From: a bacterium | GTDB taxonomy: Bacteria; Electryoneota; Electryoneia; Electryoneales; Electryoneaceae | Direction: 5' to 3' | Length of the DNA stretch: 64,000 bases | Assembly: GCA_963669175.1 (NCBI GenBank) | Contig: OY769902.1 | Coordinates: 4,032,001-4,096,000 of the forward strand | Shown here: positions 41,001 through 52,461 of the stretch, in pieces | How the letters are laid out: every line of letters begins with the position of its first letter | How positions within the stretch are numbered: the stretch's first letter is position 1 | Translations under genes and position numbers: made by a program | The notes under the pieces: generated by a model | What the model saw: only the letters and a program-made list of their open reading frames with translations | The model's database searches: none | Told to the model about the DNA's origin: nothing

Positions 41001-41245
41001 CCTATCCGAATCCATTTAATCCTTCAATCACATTGAGCTACGCAGTTCCAAACAGAGAAGTCGTAGAATTATCTGTATTTAACATACTTGGTCAACGTGT
41101 ACAGATGATCGAGCGCCGACTGCGCGAGCCTGGGCATTACAGGGTGACTTGGACCGCAAACGGTCTGGCCAGTGGTACATACGTTGTATCTATGAAAGCG
41201 GGAGAAAGTTTGATCGCTACCCGCAAAGTAACCCTGGTCAAGTAA
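38006..41245 (+). CDS. Large secreted multidomain protein (unknown N-terminal domain, FN3-like, jelly-roll) with T9SS-type tail
   Basis: AAGGAG RBS; signal region ending ADA; FN3-like VRAVDYYGN; WEWGDP...AHSGENVWAT module; tail AYPNPFNPS...RKVTLVK. Confidence 0.85.
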   Translation: MKRGRKDSKLALVIPPALQHVAARVLCHTLLLAVIFLAIPQADAALVEETGTMRGFLAGSCPTASYDNWISHTTEGIADPGYNHYGPEGLDRQMEGFGDVWVLPNNLTGRAYMAHWQTIFSAFLEGRLADADVLLSDSAEVYRYEVVLFHDTEYGRDYGILRELLDDSYVDNAGTPADASDDVTGGFQNGWGVYVVNLDSPRPYFLVQMVHPNDDFLGVQAAVEVFLRCDAGALSIWGCGREVVWTEEGSYANSKSLSDPSRYPVSVTMAFQNAFDGKYALTYPPGTMIMQCHSFDTTHTTPKDIVLSAGQYETNIHKPLWDRSTSTHDIIGLTPAVPVPAFEFGMHPQVPIEEYYWLNYPEDDPYYYTADGDSTIIERATYLRCDPGNVEENTLHADYLDGSTYENFIHFELDEFPTVFDGRFDWDDLIGPERPPTIETFAVLMEYYDPFYEAINQWFELLETRLDTIPPETVPNFSASQSAQNYPYAHWTPITDSDFVTYEILADTEPLNDNSPVVWDFHDDPELREMDYNGWTQVLNAPDGQPLYLAVRAVDYYGNRGEIGFASQVDGYTDDTPVGLTARTFDTYPYAAWPSWPAILVEDFTDLNTLAVEYRTNTGLEGVYAVTKAVWTTDNGSMFGAPIPIDAAALAVGDSVYWRATALDRSSTGNEETVPADGWYGFILTDDPANPYESDFEDDLGGLVAYGGGDWEWGDPGSGPMSAHSGENVWATELGGNYSNNTESILRLGGPNLAGYPPMMATWWQWYSFEAPLADPADADDGGLLELRQGNTILPARVIPAYNAMIVSNIDYEDSLVYSGNGTHWHAAAVDLCWAFGGGPDNAGFDLRFVAVSDGNTVRPGWYMDDLAVTANANIYRPFAFALVAPEDDAAANPFGPTEFTWNRCIDRDTYAVPEYTLMLALEGDTASVYTGIDTACVVQLDSLDIGTSDFAYIAWWVEANSQGDVVASCQTRELAVPAFNGISDDDHILPDKFALESAYPNPFNPSITLSYAVPNREVVELSVFNILGQRVQMIERRLREPGHYRVTWTANGLASGTYVVSMKAGESLIATRKVTLVK

Positions 41246-41286
41246 GTTCAACATTTGAGCGCACTGCCGTTAAAGTGAGGTGTAAC

Positions 41287-42777
41287 ATGACGTTCCGGAA
41301 TAAGGCACACATTATCCTCCTGAAGCGAGGTTTACTGGTTTCCCTGCTATTGTTGGGATTAGCGATTGCTGCCCCAGCCCAGGTATCCATTACCCCTGAT
41401 GATATTCCCACAACACAGGGAACGATGATCCCCTACTATACTCGAAGCGATACCCAAGGCTTTCCGATTGACCTGGGTTTCGATGGTCCGGGACGATCCT
41501 GGGACTTCTCCCAGTATGAGTTTGATGGTATCGAGGGTGATTATATCGTAAATCCGGAAGAATCTGCCTATTACGAGACCTTCCCATTAGCGAATCGTGT
41601 CATTGAACCCGCAGTCGGTGGAACCGGCCTTTTCAATTCCGGCATTCGTTATGAGACTGTTGCCGATTCCGGGTGGTACTGGCTTGGATCAGGGACAGAG
41701 ATGATTGGTGACTTCGGTTTCCCGATTTCCTTCCCGGAACCGATCATGATCCTCCCCATGGGCAATGATCAGACTCTTGGCGCTGAATGGGCCATCGCAG
41801 ACACTTTCAGCTATAATTATACCGCAGATACGCTTACTGTTGATACGCTTCTCGTACAGTTGATCTACGGTGGTTTCGCAGAATATGACGCCTGGGGTGA
41901 TGTAACTTATCCCGGCGGCGAATCGGAAGCGCTGCGTGTCTACATGAGCTTTGATATGCATGTGGATTTGTATGCCATCCAGTGGTTGTTTGGTCAGAGA
42001 CTGGTCATCCCACTGGGTGAATGGTACCGGATGGATGGCACTCACATGTACACCTGGTACGCGCCCGGTGTTGGTGAACTGGTGCGTGTGACAAGCCGTA
42101 TCATGGAAGAAAACACTGACTTCGATTCTGCTGCAAGTATACAGGTTCGCTACCTGCCACCGGATCTGAACATTCCGACAAGCGAGCTAGTATTCGGAGT
42201 TGTGCAGGTTGGCGACACGAGTAACACTGTACTTTCTATTACCAACGAAGGTGAAAATCCCGGTTTGATCATGGGAATTGAACCAGGTTTCGGGCTTGAT
42301 GAAATCATTTCCTTCGAAGATGAATTCCCAATGATCGTTGAGGCCGGGGAAACTGCAGATATCAACATCTTCTGGACACCGCAGGAAGTCGGTGAGCTTT
42401 CCGGTTCTATCACGGTTACCCATAATGACCCCACGCTGGAAAACCCGATTACAATTTCAATCGCAGGGATAGCAGAGAATACTGTACAGGATGATCAAAG
42501 CGGTGTTCTCCCGACTGCGCTTGCACTGGAACAGAATTACCCGAACCCGTTTAACCCGTCCACAGACATCCACTTTGGTCTGCCCCATGCCGGGACTGCC
42601 AGGTTATCCGTGTATGATGTCCTTGGGCGAGAAGTTGCGACACTGGTGAACAGCCAGTTGAATGCAGGCTGGCATCGTGTAACCTGGGATGCAGGTTCCA
42701 ATCCCAGCGGTTTTTATTTCTACATCCTCGAGACGGAGGATGCGAGGTTGACTGGCAAGATGGTGTTGATGAAATAG
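41287..42777 (+). CDS. Secreted protein with Ig-like (ASH-type) domain and T9SS-type tail
   Basis: GAGGTG RBS before ATG 41287; signal peptide; LVFGVVQVG...ITNEG...HNDP Ig-like module; tail QNYPNPFNPS...KMVLMK. Confidence 0.85.
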   Translation: MTFRNKAHIILLKRGLLVSLLLLGLAIAAPAQVSITPDDIPTTQGTMIPYYTRSDTQGFPIDLGFDGPGRSWDFSQYEFDGIEGDYIVNPEESAYYETFPLANRVIEPAVGGTGLFNSGIRYETVADSGWYWLGSGTEMIGDFGFPISFPEPIMILPMGNDQTLGAEWAIADTFSYNYTADTLTVDTLLVQLIYGGFAEYDAWGDVTYPGGESEALRVYMSFDMHVDLYAIQWLFGQRLVIPLGEWYRMDGTHMYTWYAPGVGELVRVTSRIMEENTDFDSAASIQVRYLPPDLNIPTSELVFGVVQVGDTSNTVLSITNEGENPGLIMGIEPGFGLDEIISFEDEFPMIVEAGETADINIFWTPQEVGELSGSITVTHNDPTLENPITISIAGIAENTVQDDQSGVLPTALALEQNYPNPFNPSTDIHFGLPHAGTARLSVYDVLGREVATLVNSQLNAGWHRVTWDAGSNPSGFYFYILETEDARLTGKMVLMK

Positions 42778-42840
42778 CCATGCCACATTGCTAACGTACA
42801 CGAACAAACGAGGAGCAGGGCTATGAGGGGTGCGAAATCC

Positions 42841-43713
42841 ATGGAAACACGAAGAAGATCGTGGATCAACTTCGCAGGCATTGCCCTGCTTCTCTGTTTC
42901 ATTTTATATCCTGTTGCCGGGAATTCCCAGGGTAGCCTGGGGGATCCATCCAACCTGGTCGGCGTCTGGAAGATGACGCTAGAACCAGGCACTCACCTGG
43001 TCTCTTTTCCCATCCTGCCGCAGAATGCTACTGTCGAATCCGTGATCGGCAACCAGTTGCCGGGCGGTAATTCATGGGAAAATGCAACGCGTATTCTTAC
43101 TGTGGATCAGCAGGCCACACGTGGTTCCTTCTTCAACGACTTCAACCAGACCTGGGTGGGTACGCTTCACAACCTGGACCAGCGCAAGGGGTACTGGCTG
43201 GTTATTCCGGAAGAAGCCGGTTCGGTACAATTGACGCTGATCGGCGCAGCGATTGAGAAGGACACGGTCAACATGGGCCAGATGAACCCGGGTGTAAATA
43301 TGGTCGGCACTGCCTACCCCTACCCCACTACGCTAGGTCAATCGGGACTGGTTTCCTCAGGAATGTCCAGCGCACGTTATATGGTCACCGCGGACAAGGT
43401 GACCACGTGGGATACCGGCACGCTGGCCCCGGCATGGCATACGCCCAACCAGGGTTGGCAGGGTTCACAGTTCAACCTGCAACCGGGATCGGGGTATATC
43501 GTTATCGTAGCGCCGGGCAACCAGGGATTTAACTGGGTACAGCCTCGCCCCCAGATTATTCCACCGGGACAACAACAGGCGCAGGTGTTCACTCCTGTTC
43601 AATTGCAGGAAATGACGCAGCCTGCTCCGGCGTTTGACACGCCTCCGTGGATCGAACAAAACACTCAACCCCATGTTTATAAACTTCCACAATCGACCGG
43701 AACGGCTAACTAG
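42841..43713 (+). CDS. Exported protein of unknown function with two internal repeats and a Q/P-rich tail; no T9SS tail
   Basis: Signal peptide; repeats LEPGTHLVSFP...GYWLV and MNPGVNMVGTA...GSGYIV; 14 nt from the next gene. Start may be 42823. Confidence 0.75.
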   Translation: METRRRSWINFAGIALLLCFILYPVAGNSQGSLGDPSNLVGVWKMTLEPGTHLVSFPILPQNATVESVIGNQLPGGNSWENATRILTVDQQATRGSFFNDFNQTWVGTLHNLDQRKGYWLVIPEEAGSVQLTLIGAAIEKDTVNMGQMNPGVNMVGTAYPYPTTLGQSGLVSSGMSSARYMVTADKVTTWDTGTLAPAWHTPNQGWQGSQFNLQPGSGYIVIVAPGNQGFNWVQPRPQIIPPGQQQAQVFTPVQLQEMTQPAPAFDTPPWIEQNTQPHVYKLPQSTGTAN

Positions 43714-43727
43714 GAGGGGACAACGCG

Positions 43728-46700
43728 ATGAGGAAGATGGGAGTGGTGGTTATTGCGCTGTGTGCTGCGTTGCTTGTGCCTGTACTGGCCAACGCTGTTC
43801 CAATGCCATGGGTGGTAAGCAATATTGACCCCGAAGGTAGTACAACGCTCGTCCATGATATGAGCGGAACAGTACTGCAGTGTGATTTTCGTGTCGACCT
43901 GGTTCTGGATGTCGCCGGTGATGGGCCGGATCATCCCTCCAATGAGCCGGGTGAAGTCGGTAACCCGACGGATGATGACATGCTGGTACTTTCCTGGGTT
44001 TCACGTCCGGAATCCAGCTACCTGCCTGAAGGCGCTTTTGCCCAGATTATTGCGGTTGAGTTGGAAAATATGCCCATTCCGCCTTCAGCATCGGGCTACA
44101 TCCGTGTCTTTGAATCAGCCTACCCCGGACAGGGTTCACGATATTGCAACTCCGAGATGTTCCACGGTCCCAACATGCCGTCAGAACCGCAGACGGTAGT
44201 ACGTTTGCCTGAACGCATGATGAATTATCTTGGCAATGAACCGCCGACCTTGATCTTCAATCCCTGGTCGCTAAGTGTTGCCGAAGGTGATAATATTACC
44301 TTTATCATCAGGGGTGAAGACACACGGGCGTTCTGGGAATTGCTGCAATTCGGTTTTGAAACCGATACGCTTCCGGGTGGTGCAGAAGCGCTATCCTTTA
44401 ATCGTACTGCCTGGGATCGGTTGCATGTCTCTTATATCCCGCCTTTCGGTTCACAGCGGGAAACACGCATCCGAGGTTGGGTAGATGATGGTGAATATCG
44501 TGTTTCCGGCGCCATCCCGATAAGTATTACGGCGCCTGGAGATAAGCCTTCAGCATTTCACCTGCTCTCCCCGGCAGATAAAAACGCCTTATGGGAAGAC
44601 CAGGGGTTTTCCTGGGGTACTTCTATCGATCAGGAAGATCAGGATATAACCTATACTCTTTACTGGTCAACCAATGCCAGTTTCAGTGACGTAGATTCCA
44701 TGTCAGGCATAACCGGAACCAGTGTCGTTATTCCGTTTCAGCAGCTTACCAATGGTTCGACCGATCCCGAATTGCCCAACGATGTGATCCAACTGGGCAG
44801 CGACAAGGCAGGACGTTCCCGGACAGGCAGCGCTTCGGTATCCTCGACCTCACTGGCGGGGAGCAATAGCGGCGCGCTGTCAACCTCATCGGCCACCTCA
44901 CGGGGCCGTCGTGCGGTACGCTCCGGTTCGACCGGCGCCTTGACCGGACTTGGTTCACAGACGGGCGATGCGGAGGTTGTCACCCCGGTTTACAATTCGC
45001 TGGATGAGTTGGATGTGGTTGAAGGAGATACGGTTTACTGGCGTGTTCGGGCCTATGATCCCGATGATCACAACCGTCTGGCAGTGGAACGAAGTTGGTG
45101 GGCGATTGCGGAAACACCGGATGCACCGGCCGCCTTCGATCTCGCTACTCCAGCCGATGAAGCTACACTCGCCACGTTGTCGCCACTATTCGTTTGGTAC
45201 AAATCCGAGAACGTCGATTACGGCGACGAGATCACCTATGAGCTGCACTGGTCGGTGAATGGTTCGGACACAGAAATCATCTCCGGCCTTACGGATACCA
45301 CTTTCTCCTTCAGCAACATGGAACAGTTGGAACTGGAAGGTGCGGAAGATTTTTACCTGGCCCTGCTGGGATGTTTTGAAGCGGCTGACGGCGAACTGAA
45401 TGAATTGCCCAACCATGCGGATGTTGAATGGACTGTCTGGGCGGAAGACTGCACCGAATTGCGGACACAGGCGAGCGACACCTGGAGTTTTACCATTGAT
45501 GCGCCCGATTCGCCCGGCGGATTTACTGTTGCCAGCCCGGCCAACGGGACCGTGTTCAATCGTTCGACTCCGTTGCTGTTGAGCTGGACGGAAGCCGTTG
45601 TGGACGAGGGTACGGTCATTTATAATGTGGTCGGCACCAATGATCCGGATGTGACTGATCTTGCTGATTTCAGCCTGATCGTTTCGAACTTGTCTGAGAC
45701 CAGCACCGTTTTCGATCCGGGGCAGGATGATTATACCTGGTGGCGCTGGAATGTCCGTGCGATCAACGATGACGATACCACCTGGGCGGTGGGCGGATCG
45801 CAGCCCTGGGCGAAGTTCGGCATCTCCACCCCCACCCGGCCGGAACCGTTCGCACTGGTCAGCCCGGCCAATGGAAGCCAGGCCCCGACAACGCCGACAC
45901 TGCGCTGGGATCGTCCGCAACAGCCGGACCTGGATGACCCGATAAGCTATACCCTATACTATTCCCTGGACAACTGGGCTACGGTGGATTCCATTGCCGG
46001 AATCCCGGATACGGCATTCTTCGTCCAGCCCAATAACGCGTTGCTGTCCGTGCCCGCCCCGGCTATCGCCAAGGGCAAGGAAATCGATTCGAGGCAGACC
46101 GCCTCATTTACCAGTGAGCTGGATGAATTCCCGGAAGACGCTACGGTCGTCTGGAAGGTCCGTGCGGCGGATACCAACTCACGTGGTGTCTGGTGTACCT
46201 CGACTAACGGCTGGAGCTTCACCACCTATGTTGATGAGCCGCCGTTAGCCTTCTCCCTGAGTTCTCCCGAAGATGAGTTCGCAATCGAGGATTCCTCGGC
46301 CGTATTCAGTTGGGAAGCCAGCAGCGACCCGGAAGGTTACGCGGGACTGCATTACAAGCTGTTCATCTCCGACAATCCCGAGTTTGAGGATGCTGACAGC
46401 CTGCTTGCCGATGGCACCCAGTTGACGGTTTCCATGGTCGGACGCCGTGTCGGGGACTACTGGTGGCGTGTCGCTGCGATTGACTCGGTGTACCTGCGTT
46501 CCTGGTCACGTGAGACCTGGACAGTTCACCTGAGTTACGTGAACGCCCCGGAAAAGGAAGAAGACGTCCTCCCCACCGAGTTCGCGATCTCGGCGGCCTA
46601 TCCGAACCCGTTCAACCCGACGCTGAACGTGGTCATCGCCGCCCCGCAGGCGCAACGCATGCAGATTACCGTATTCGATATCCTGGGCCGTAATGTGATG

Positions 46701-46841
46701 AGCCTCGATCCGGCCGTCTATCAGCCCGGCTATCACCCGGTTCACCTGGACTTTAGCCATTATCCGTCCGGCGTGTACTTCGTCCGTCTCGATGGTTCAC
46801 GTGGGATGATACAAGCGAAGAAGGTGGTTTTGTTGAAATAA
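43728..46841 (+). CDS. Secreted protein with five FN3-like repeats and T9SS-type tail
   Basis: GGAGG RBS, signal peptide, repeats P-x-x-F-x-L-x-x-P...W...Y...W-x-V-x-A, tail AYPNPFNPT...KKVVLLK. Confidence 0.88.
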   Translation: MRKMGVVVIALCAALLVPVLANAVPMPWVVSNIDPEGSTTLVHDMSGTVLQCDFRVDLVLDVAGDGPDHPSNEPGEVGNPTDDDMLVLSWVSRPESSYLPEGAFAQIIAVELENMPIPPSASGYIRVFESAYPGQGSRYCNSEMFHGPNMPSEPQTVVRLPERMMNYLGNEPPTLIFNPWSLSVAEGDNITFIIRGEDTRAFWELLQFGFETDTLPGGAEALSFNRTAWDRLHVSYIPPFGSQRETRIRGWVDDGEYRVSGAIPISITAPGDKPSAFHLLSPADKNALWEDQGFSWGTSIDQEDQDITYTLYWSTNASFSDVDSMSGITGTSVVIPFQQLTNGSTDPELPNDVIQLGSDKAGRSRTGSASVSSTSLAGSNSGALSTSSATSRGRRAVRSGSTGALTGLGSQTGDAEVVTPVYNSLDELDVVEGDTVYWRVRAYDPDDHNRLAVERSWWAIAETPDAPAAFDLATPADEATLATLSPLFVWYKSENVDYGDEITYELHWSVNGSDTEIISGLTDTTFSFSNMEQLELEGAEDFYLALLGCFEAADGELNELPNHADVEWTVWAEDCTELRTQASDTWSFTIDAPDSPGGFTVASPANGTVFNRSTPLLLSWTEAVVDEGTVIYNVVGTNDPDVTDLADFSLIVSNLSETSTVFDPGQDDYTWWRWNVRAINDDDTTWAVGGSQPWAKFGISTPTRPEPFALVSPANGSQAPTTPTLRWDRPQQPDLDDPISYTLYYSLDNWATVDSIAGIPDTAFFVQPNNALLSVPAPAIAKGKEIDSRQTASFTSELDEFPEDATVVWKVRAADTNSRGVWCTSTNGWSFTTYVDEPPLAFSLSSPEDEFAIEDSSAVFSWEASSDPEGYAGLHYKLFISDNPEFEDADSLLADGTQLTVSMVGRRVGDYWWRVAAIDSVYLRSWSRETWTVHLSYVNAPEKEEDVLPTEFAISAAYPNPFNPTLNVVIAAPQAQRMQITVFDILGRNVMSLDPAVYQPGYHPVHLDFSHYPSGVYFVRLDGSRGMIQAKKVVLLK
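46596..46841 (+). repeat. 246 bp direct repeat, copy 1 (T9SS tail coding sequence)
   Basis: Encodes the same 81 aa as 49107-49352; all differences are synonymous. Confidence 0.95.
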
Positions 46842-46868
46842 CCAGTGAGTATTCAGGTTGAAATTCTG

Positions 46869-46899
46869 AAGCTGACGTGATTTTCACGTCAGCTTTTTT
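46869..46899 (+). terminator. Intrinsic terminator
   Basis: AAGCTGACGTGA-TTT-TCACGTCAGCTT followed by a T-run. Confidence 0.8.
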
Positions 46900-46991
46900 C
46901 TTTGCAGGCTCTATGATATCTTGCGTTCTGATAATAAGCGCTGATAGTTTAATAATAGAATTAATTATTCACTTACATACGGAGATAAAAG

Positions 46992-49438
<2,447 letters not shown>

Positions 49439-49487
49439 CGCCATGTGGTAATACACGTCTAGTTTGATGTGATAAAAGTAGCGACTC

Positions 49488-49518
49488 TATTGGCCCCGTC
49501 CGGCTTGTCCGGCGGGGT
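49488..49518. repeat. REP-like palindrome TTGGCCCCGTCCGGCTTGTCCGGCGGGGT
   Basis: The same sequence recurs at 58218-58246 and, inverted, at 58330-58360. Confidence 0.8.
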
Positions 49519-49564
49519 TTATTCTTAATAAGATATATGAGTTAGCCATTTCAATAAGAAAACT

Positions 49565-49861
49565 CGGGTGGCCCGATCCGCAAGTAATGTAACTTCTGCT
49601 TTCGTTATATCAAAAGTACTCTCACTACATCTCGTATTCTTTCAAGACTCATGAGCGCATCGGGGCACAGTTTGCTACACTTTCAAAGCTTAATCTACAT
49701 ATAAAGCTTCATAATAAATACAATACACGGGTGGCCCGATCCGCAAGTGATGCAACTTCCGCTTTCGTCTCAGCATCAATACTCCCACTATATCTTATAT
49801 TCCATCAAGACTCACGAGCGCATCGGGACAAAGCTTGCTCCACTTGCGGATCGGGCCACCC
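49565..49861. repeat. RAYT-flanking elements (two 97 bp units plus an inverted 21 bp end)
   Basis: GTGGCCCGATCCGCAAGT...GAGCGCATCGGG at 49568-49664 and 49731-49827; CACTTGCGGATCGGGCCACCC at 49841-49861. Confidence 0.85.
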
Positions 49862-49896
49862 TTGAATTGTACATTTAATCAGAACAGCTATTTACG

Positions 49897-50460
49897 TCAT
49901 GCCCCACGAAACGAATCAGGGTTTATCGGAATTGGCTCTTTCACTACTCCTTCCCATGCTCGCGCGCTACTCCAGGGCCATTTCAGTGGATCGTCAACCA
50001 ATCCAGCTCTTACCGGATTCGAATGGATATACTCGATATTCTGAATAATGTTAGCAGGCGTCCACAAACTGCGATCATAGCCACCACCACGTTGCCAGAA
50101 GCGATGAGTACGACACCCTTTTTCCTCGTATTCCATTTTCTCCAGAAAGGGCGATGCTTTACTCAACAAATGTTGAATGCTCTCCAGACCAGTATGCCGT
50201 TTCAACCCTTGTAACATCTTTCTAATCGAAGTTGTGCCCTTGGGATAGAGAAGGAGATGGACATGATTGGGCATTACGACATACGCCCAAATCTCAAAAG
50301 GATTCTTGTATCGAGCTCTATTCAAATAATGAAGAAAGAGATGACACAGTTCAGGATCACTAAACAGCGGCAACTTGTGGTAACAACTGAAAGTCAAACT
50401 ACGCGCATAGCCCGGTTCTTCGAAGCGATTTGGTTTGGGTTTGAATTGTGAATGGGGCAT
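49897..50460 (-). mobile_element. rayT: REP-associated tyrosine transposase (RAYT; IS200/IS605 Y1 HUH family)
   Basis: LTFSCY, AYVVMPNHVHLL (HUH), FWQRGGGYDR, YIHSNPVRAGLV...WPWSS; flanked on both sides by repeated palindromes. Confidence 0.92.
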
Positions 50461-50493
50461 TTGCAGTCCTTTTTTACCACAATATACAACACT

Positions 50494-50738
50494 CGGGTGG
50501 CCCGATCCGCAAGTGATGCAGCTTCCGCTTTCGCTTCGGAAGAAATACTCCCACTATATCTTATTTTCCATCAAAACTCATGAGCGCATCGGGGCAAGGC
50601 TTGATACTCTTGGCAGTCCATGACCGATCCAGCTCTGTCCCGATGCGCTCCGAGCTGCACAATATCTTTGTACATCCTCCATAGTATTCGAGTATGTGTT
50701 CTAATGGAAGCATCTCCACTTGCGGATCGGGCCACCCG
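50494..50738. repeat. RAYT-flanking inverted doublet of two 97 bp units
   Basis: Forward unit 50497-50593 and inverted unit 50639-50735 with the same termini. Confidence 0.85.
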
Positions 50739-50793
50739 AAATATTTTCTTTTGAAGTCACTGATATTCGTTCGTTCCACCGTTTTCCCTCGAG

Positions 50794-50825
50794 AAAAAAA
50801 CGCACCCCAAAAACCGGGGTGCGTT
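50794..50825 (-). terminator. Intrinsic terminator of the HMG-CoA synthase/thiolase/DUF35 operon
   Basis: AACGCACCCC...GGGGTGCGTT stem followed by a T-run on minus. Confidence 0.8.
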
Positions 50826-50850
50826 GAAGTTCATCTCTGTTAATCGCCGA

Positions 50851-51249
50851 TCAGATCATGACCGCCTTGTACCCGTAGTAGATCACGGATGCTTCGTTAT
50901 CTTCGTACAGGCGACGGAATTCGAACTTCACTTTCTGTCCGATTTTGACCGTGTAGGGATCGCAATCGGTGATCTGGCAGGTCAGGCGTGCGCCTTCTTC
51001 GGTCTCTACGATAGCCAGCGCGTAGGGCGCGAGGTCGGCGTAGGGATCGGGCGGCACAACGATCACGGTATAGGTGATCACCGTGCCGGTGCCGGAAAGT
51101 TGATGTTCTTCGAATTCGGCGTTCAGGTTGCCGGGGGCGACGACGCGTGGCGGGAAGTACACCTCGCCGGTCGCCTTGTCCTTGTTGGCGATCATGCGAT
51201 AGCGTTGCGGCTGTTCACGCCACACGCGTGCAGTCAGTGTACGTGCCAT
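50851..51249 (-). CDS. DUF35-family OB-fold protein (scaffold subunit of thiolase/HMG-CoA synthase complex)
   Basis: GGAGG RBS; WREQPQRY...YFPPR...LSGTGTVITYT...PYALAIVE...FRRL...IYYGYK; directly after the thiolase. Confidence 0.92.
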   Translation of the reverse strand: MARTLTARVWREQPQRYRMIANKDKATGEVYFPPRVVAPGNLNAEFEEHQLSGTGTVITYTVIVVPPDPYADLAPYALAIVETEEGARLTCQITDCDPYTVKIGQKVKFEFRRLYEDNEASVIYYGYKAVMI

Positions 51250-51250
51250 G

Positions 51251-52405
51251 TTAAGCCTCCAGGATATGTACGGTGGACGAACCGCCGGAGCCGCCCATGT
51301 TCTGCGCGAGTGCACGCTTTACATTCTTGAGCTGACGTCCGTTCTCCGCCTCGCCACGCAATTGCTTGACGATTTCATAAATCTGAGCGATACCCGTAGC
51401 GCCTACCGGATGACCCTTGCTCTTCAAGCCGCCGGAGGGGTTCACCGGGAATTCGCCGTCAAGTGCGGTCGCGCCGTCCATCGCGGCTTTACCCGCTTCG
51501 CCTGGCTTGTACTTGCCAATCGATTCCAGCACAACCAGCTCAGCGATGGTGAAACAGTCATGCACTTCCGCGAAATCGATATCGTTGATCGTCAGGTTCG
51601 CCATGGCCAGCGCCTTTTCAGCGGCGACCTTGGCAGAATTGATGACCGTGATATCCTTACGGGAATGCAGGGCGATGGTGTCGGAAGCCATGCCCGCGCC
51701 AATGATGCGGATCGGCTTCACACCCAGTTTCTCCGCCATTTCAACCGGGGCGAGAATCACTGCCGCCGCGCCATCCGTGATCGGTGAACAATCCAGGATA
51801 TGCAGCGGATCGGCAACCATGGTTGAATTCAGCACGCCGTCCACAGTGATCTTCATCGGGAACTGGGCGTTCGGATTCATGCTGCCGTTGTTATGGTTCT
51901 TTACCGACACATGGGCCAGCATTTCGCTGGTGGTGCCGTAACGATCCATGTGTGCACGCGCCATCAGGGCGTACAGTCCGGGGAATGTGGCCCCGTGGAA
52001 ACCTTCATATTCAGCATCGGCTGCGGTGGCAAGGGCGTAGGTCGCCATTCCGCCATCCACATCCGTCATCTTTTCAACTCCACCGGCCAGCACAATATCA
52101 CTCATTCCGCTGGCTACTTCGATGTAGGCTGCACGGAAGGCAGCTCCACCTGACGCACAGGCGGATTCTACACGTGTCGCGGGGATGGGCAGTACACCCA
52201 GGTAATCTGCCATAAGGGAACCAAGGTGCTCCTGACCCACGAACAGCCCGCCGGACATGCAGCCAACATACATGGAATCCAGCTTGTCAACACCGGCATC
52301 AAGCATGGCCTTCTGGCCTGCTTCTGCGAACAAGTTCCGGAAACTCTGCTCCCACAGCTCTCCGAACTTGGTCATCCCGATGCCGATTACGGCTACATCA
52401 CGCAT
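51251..52405 (-). CDS. Acetyl-CoA acetyltransferase (archaeal/SCP2-type thiolase)
   Basis: ESACASG (catalytic Cys), [25 protein letters not shown]. Confidence 0.93.
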   Translation of the reverse strand: MRDVAVIGIGMTKFGELWEQSFRNLFAEAGQKAMLDAGVDKLDSMYVGCMSGGLFVGQEHLGSLMADYLGVLPIPATRVESACASGGAAFRAAYIEVASGMSDIVLAGGVEKMTDVDGGMATYALATAADAEYEGFHGATFPGLYALMARAHMDRYGTTSEMLAHVSVKNHNNGSMNPNAQFPMKITVDGVLNSTMVADPLHILDCSPITDGAAAVILAPVEMAEKLGVKPIRIIGAGMASDTIALHSRKDITVINSAKVAAEKALAMANLTINDIDFAEVHDCFTIAELVVLESIGKYKPGEAGKAAMDGATALDGEFPVNPSGGLKSKGHPVGATGIAQIYEIVKQLRGEAENGRQLKNVKRALAQNMGGSGGSSTVHILEA

Positions 52406-52461
52406 ACCTCTATTCCTCTGTAGGTCGTGAATTTGTCGTTGCTACCCTGGTTTGCCCGAGC

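Noticed and set aside
49565-50738. 97 bp units as CRISPR repeats, integron attC sites or a peptide-coding family (GWPDPQV...ERIG)
   Set aside because: Orientation is mixed, there are no RYYYAAC/GTTRRRY ends or integrase, one copy has an in-frame TAA, and none has a convincing start.
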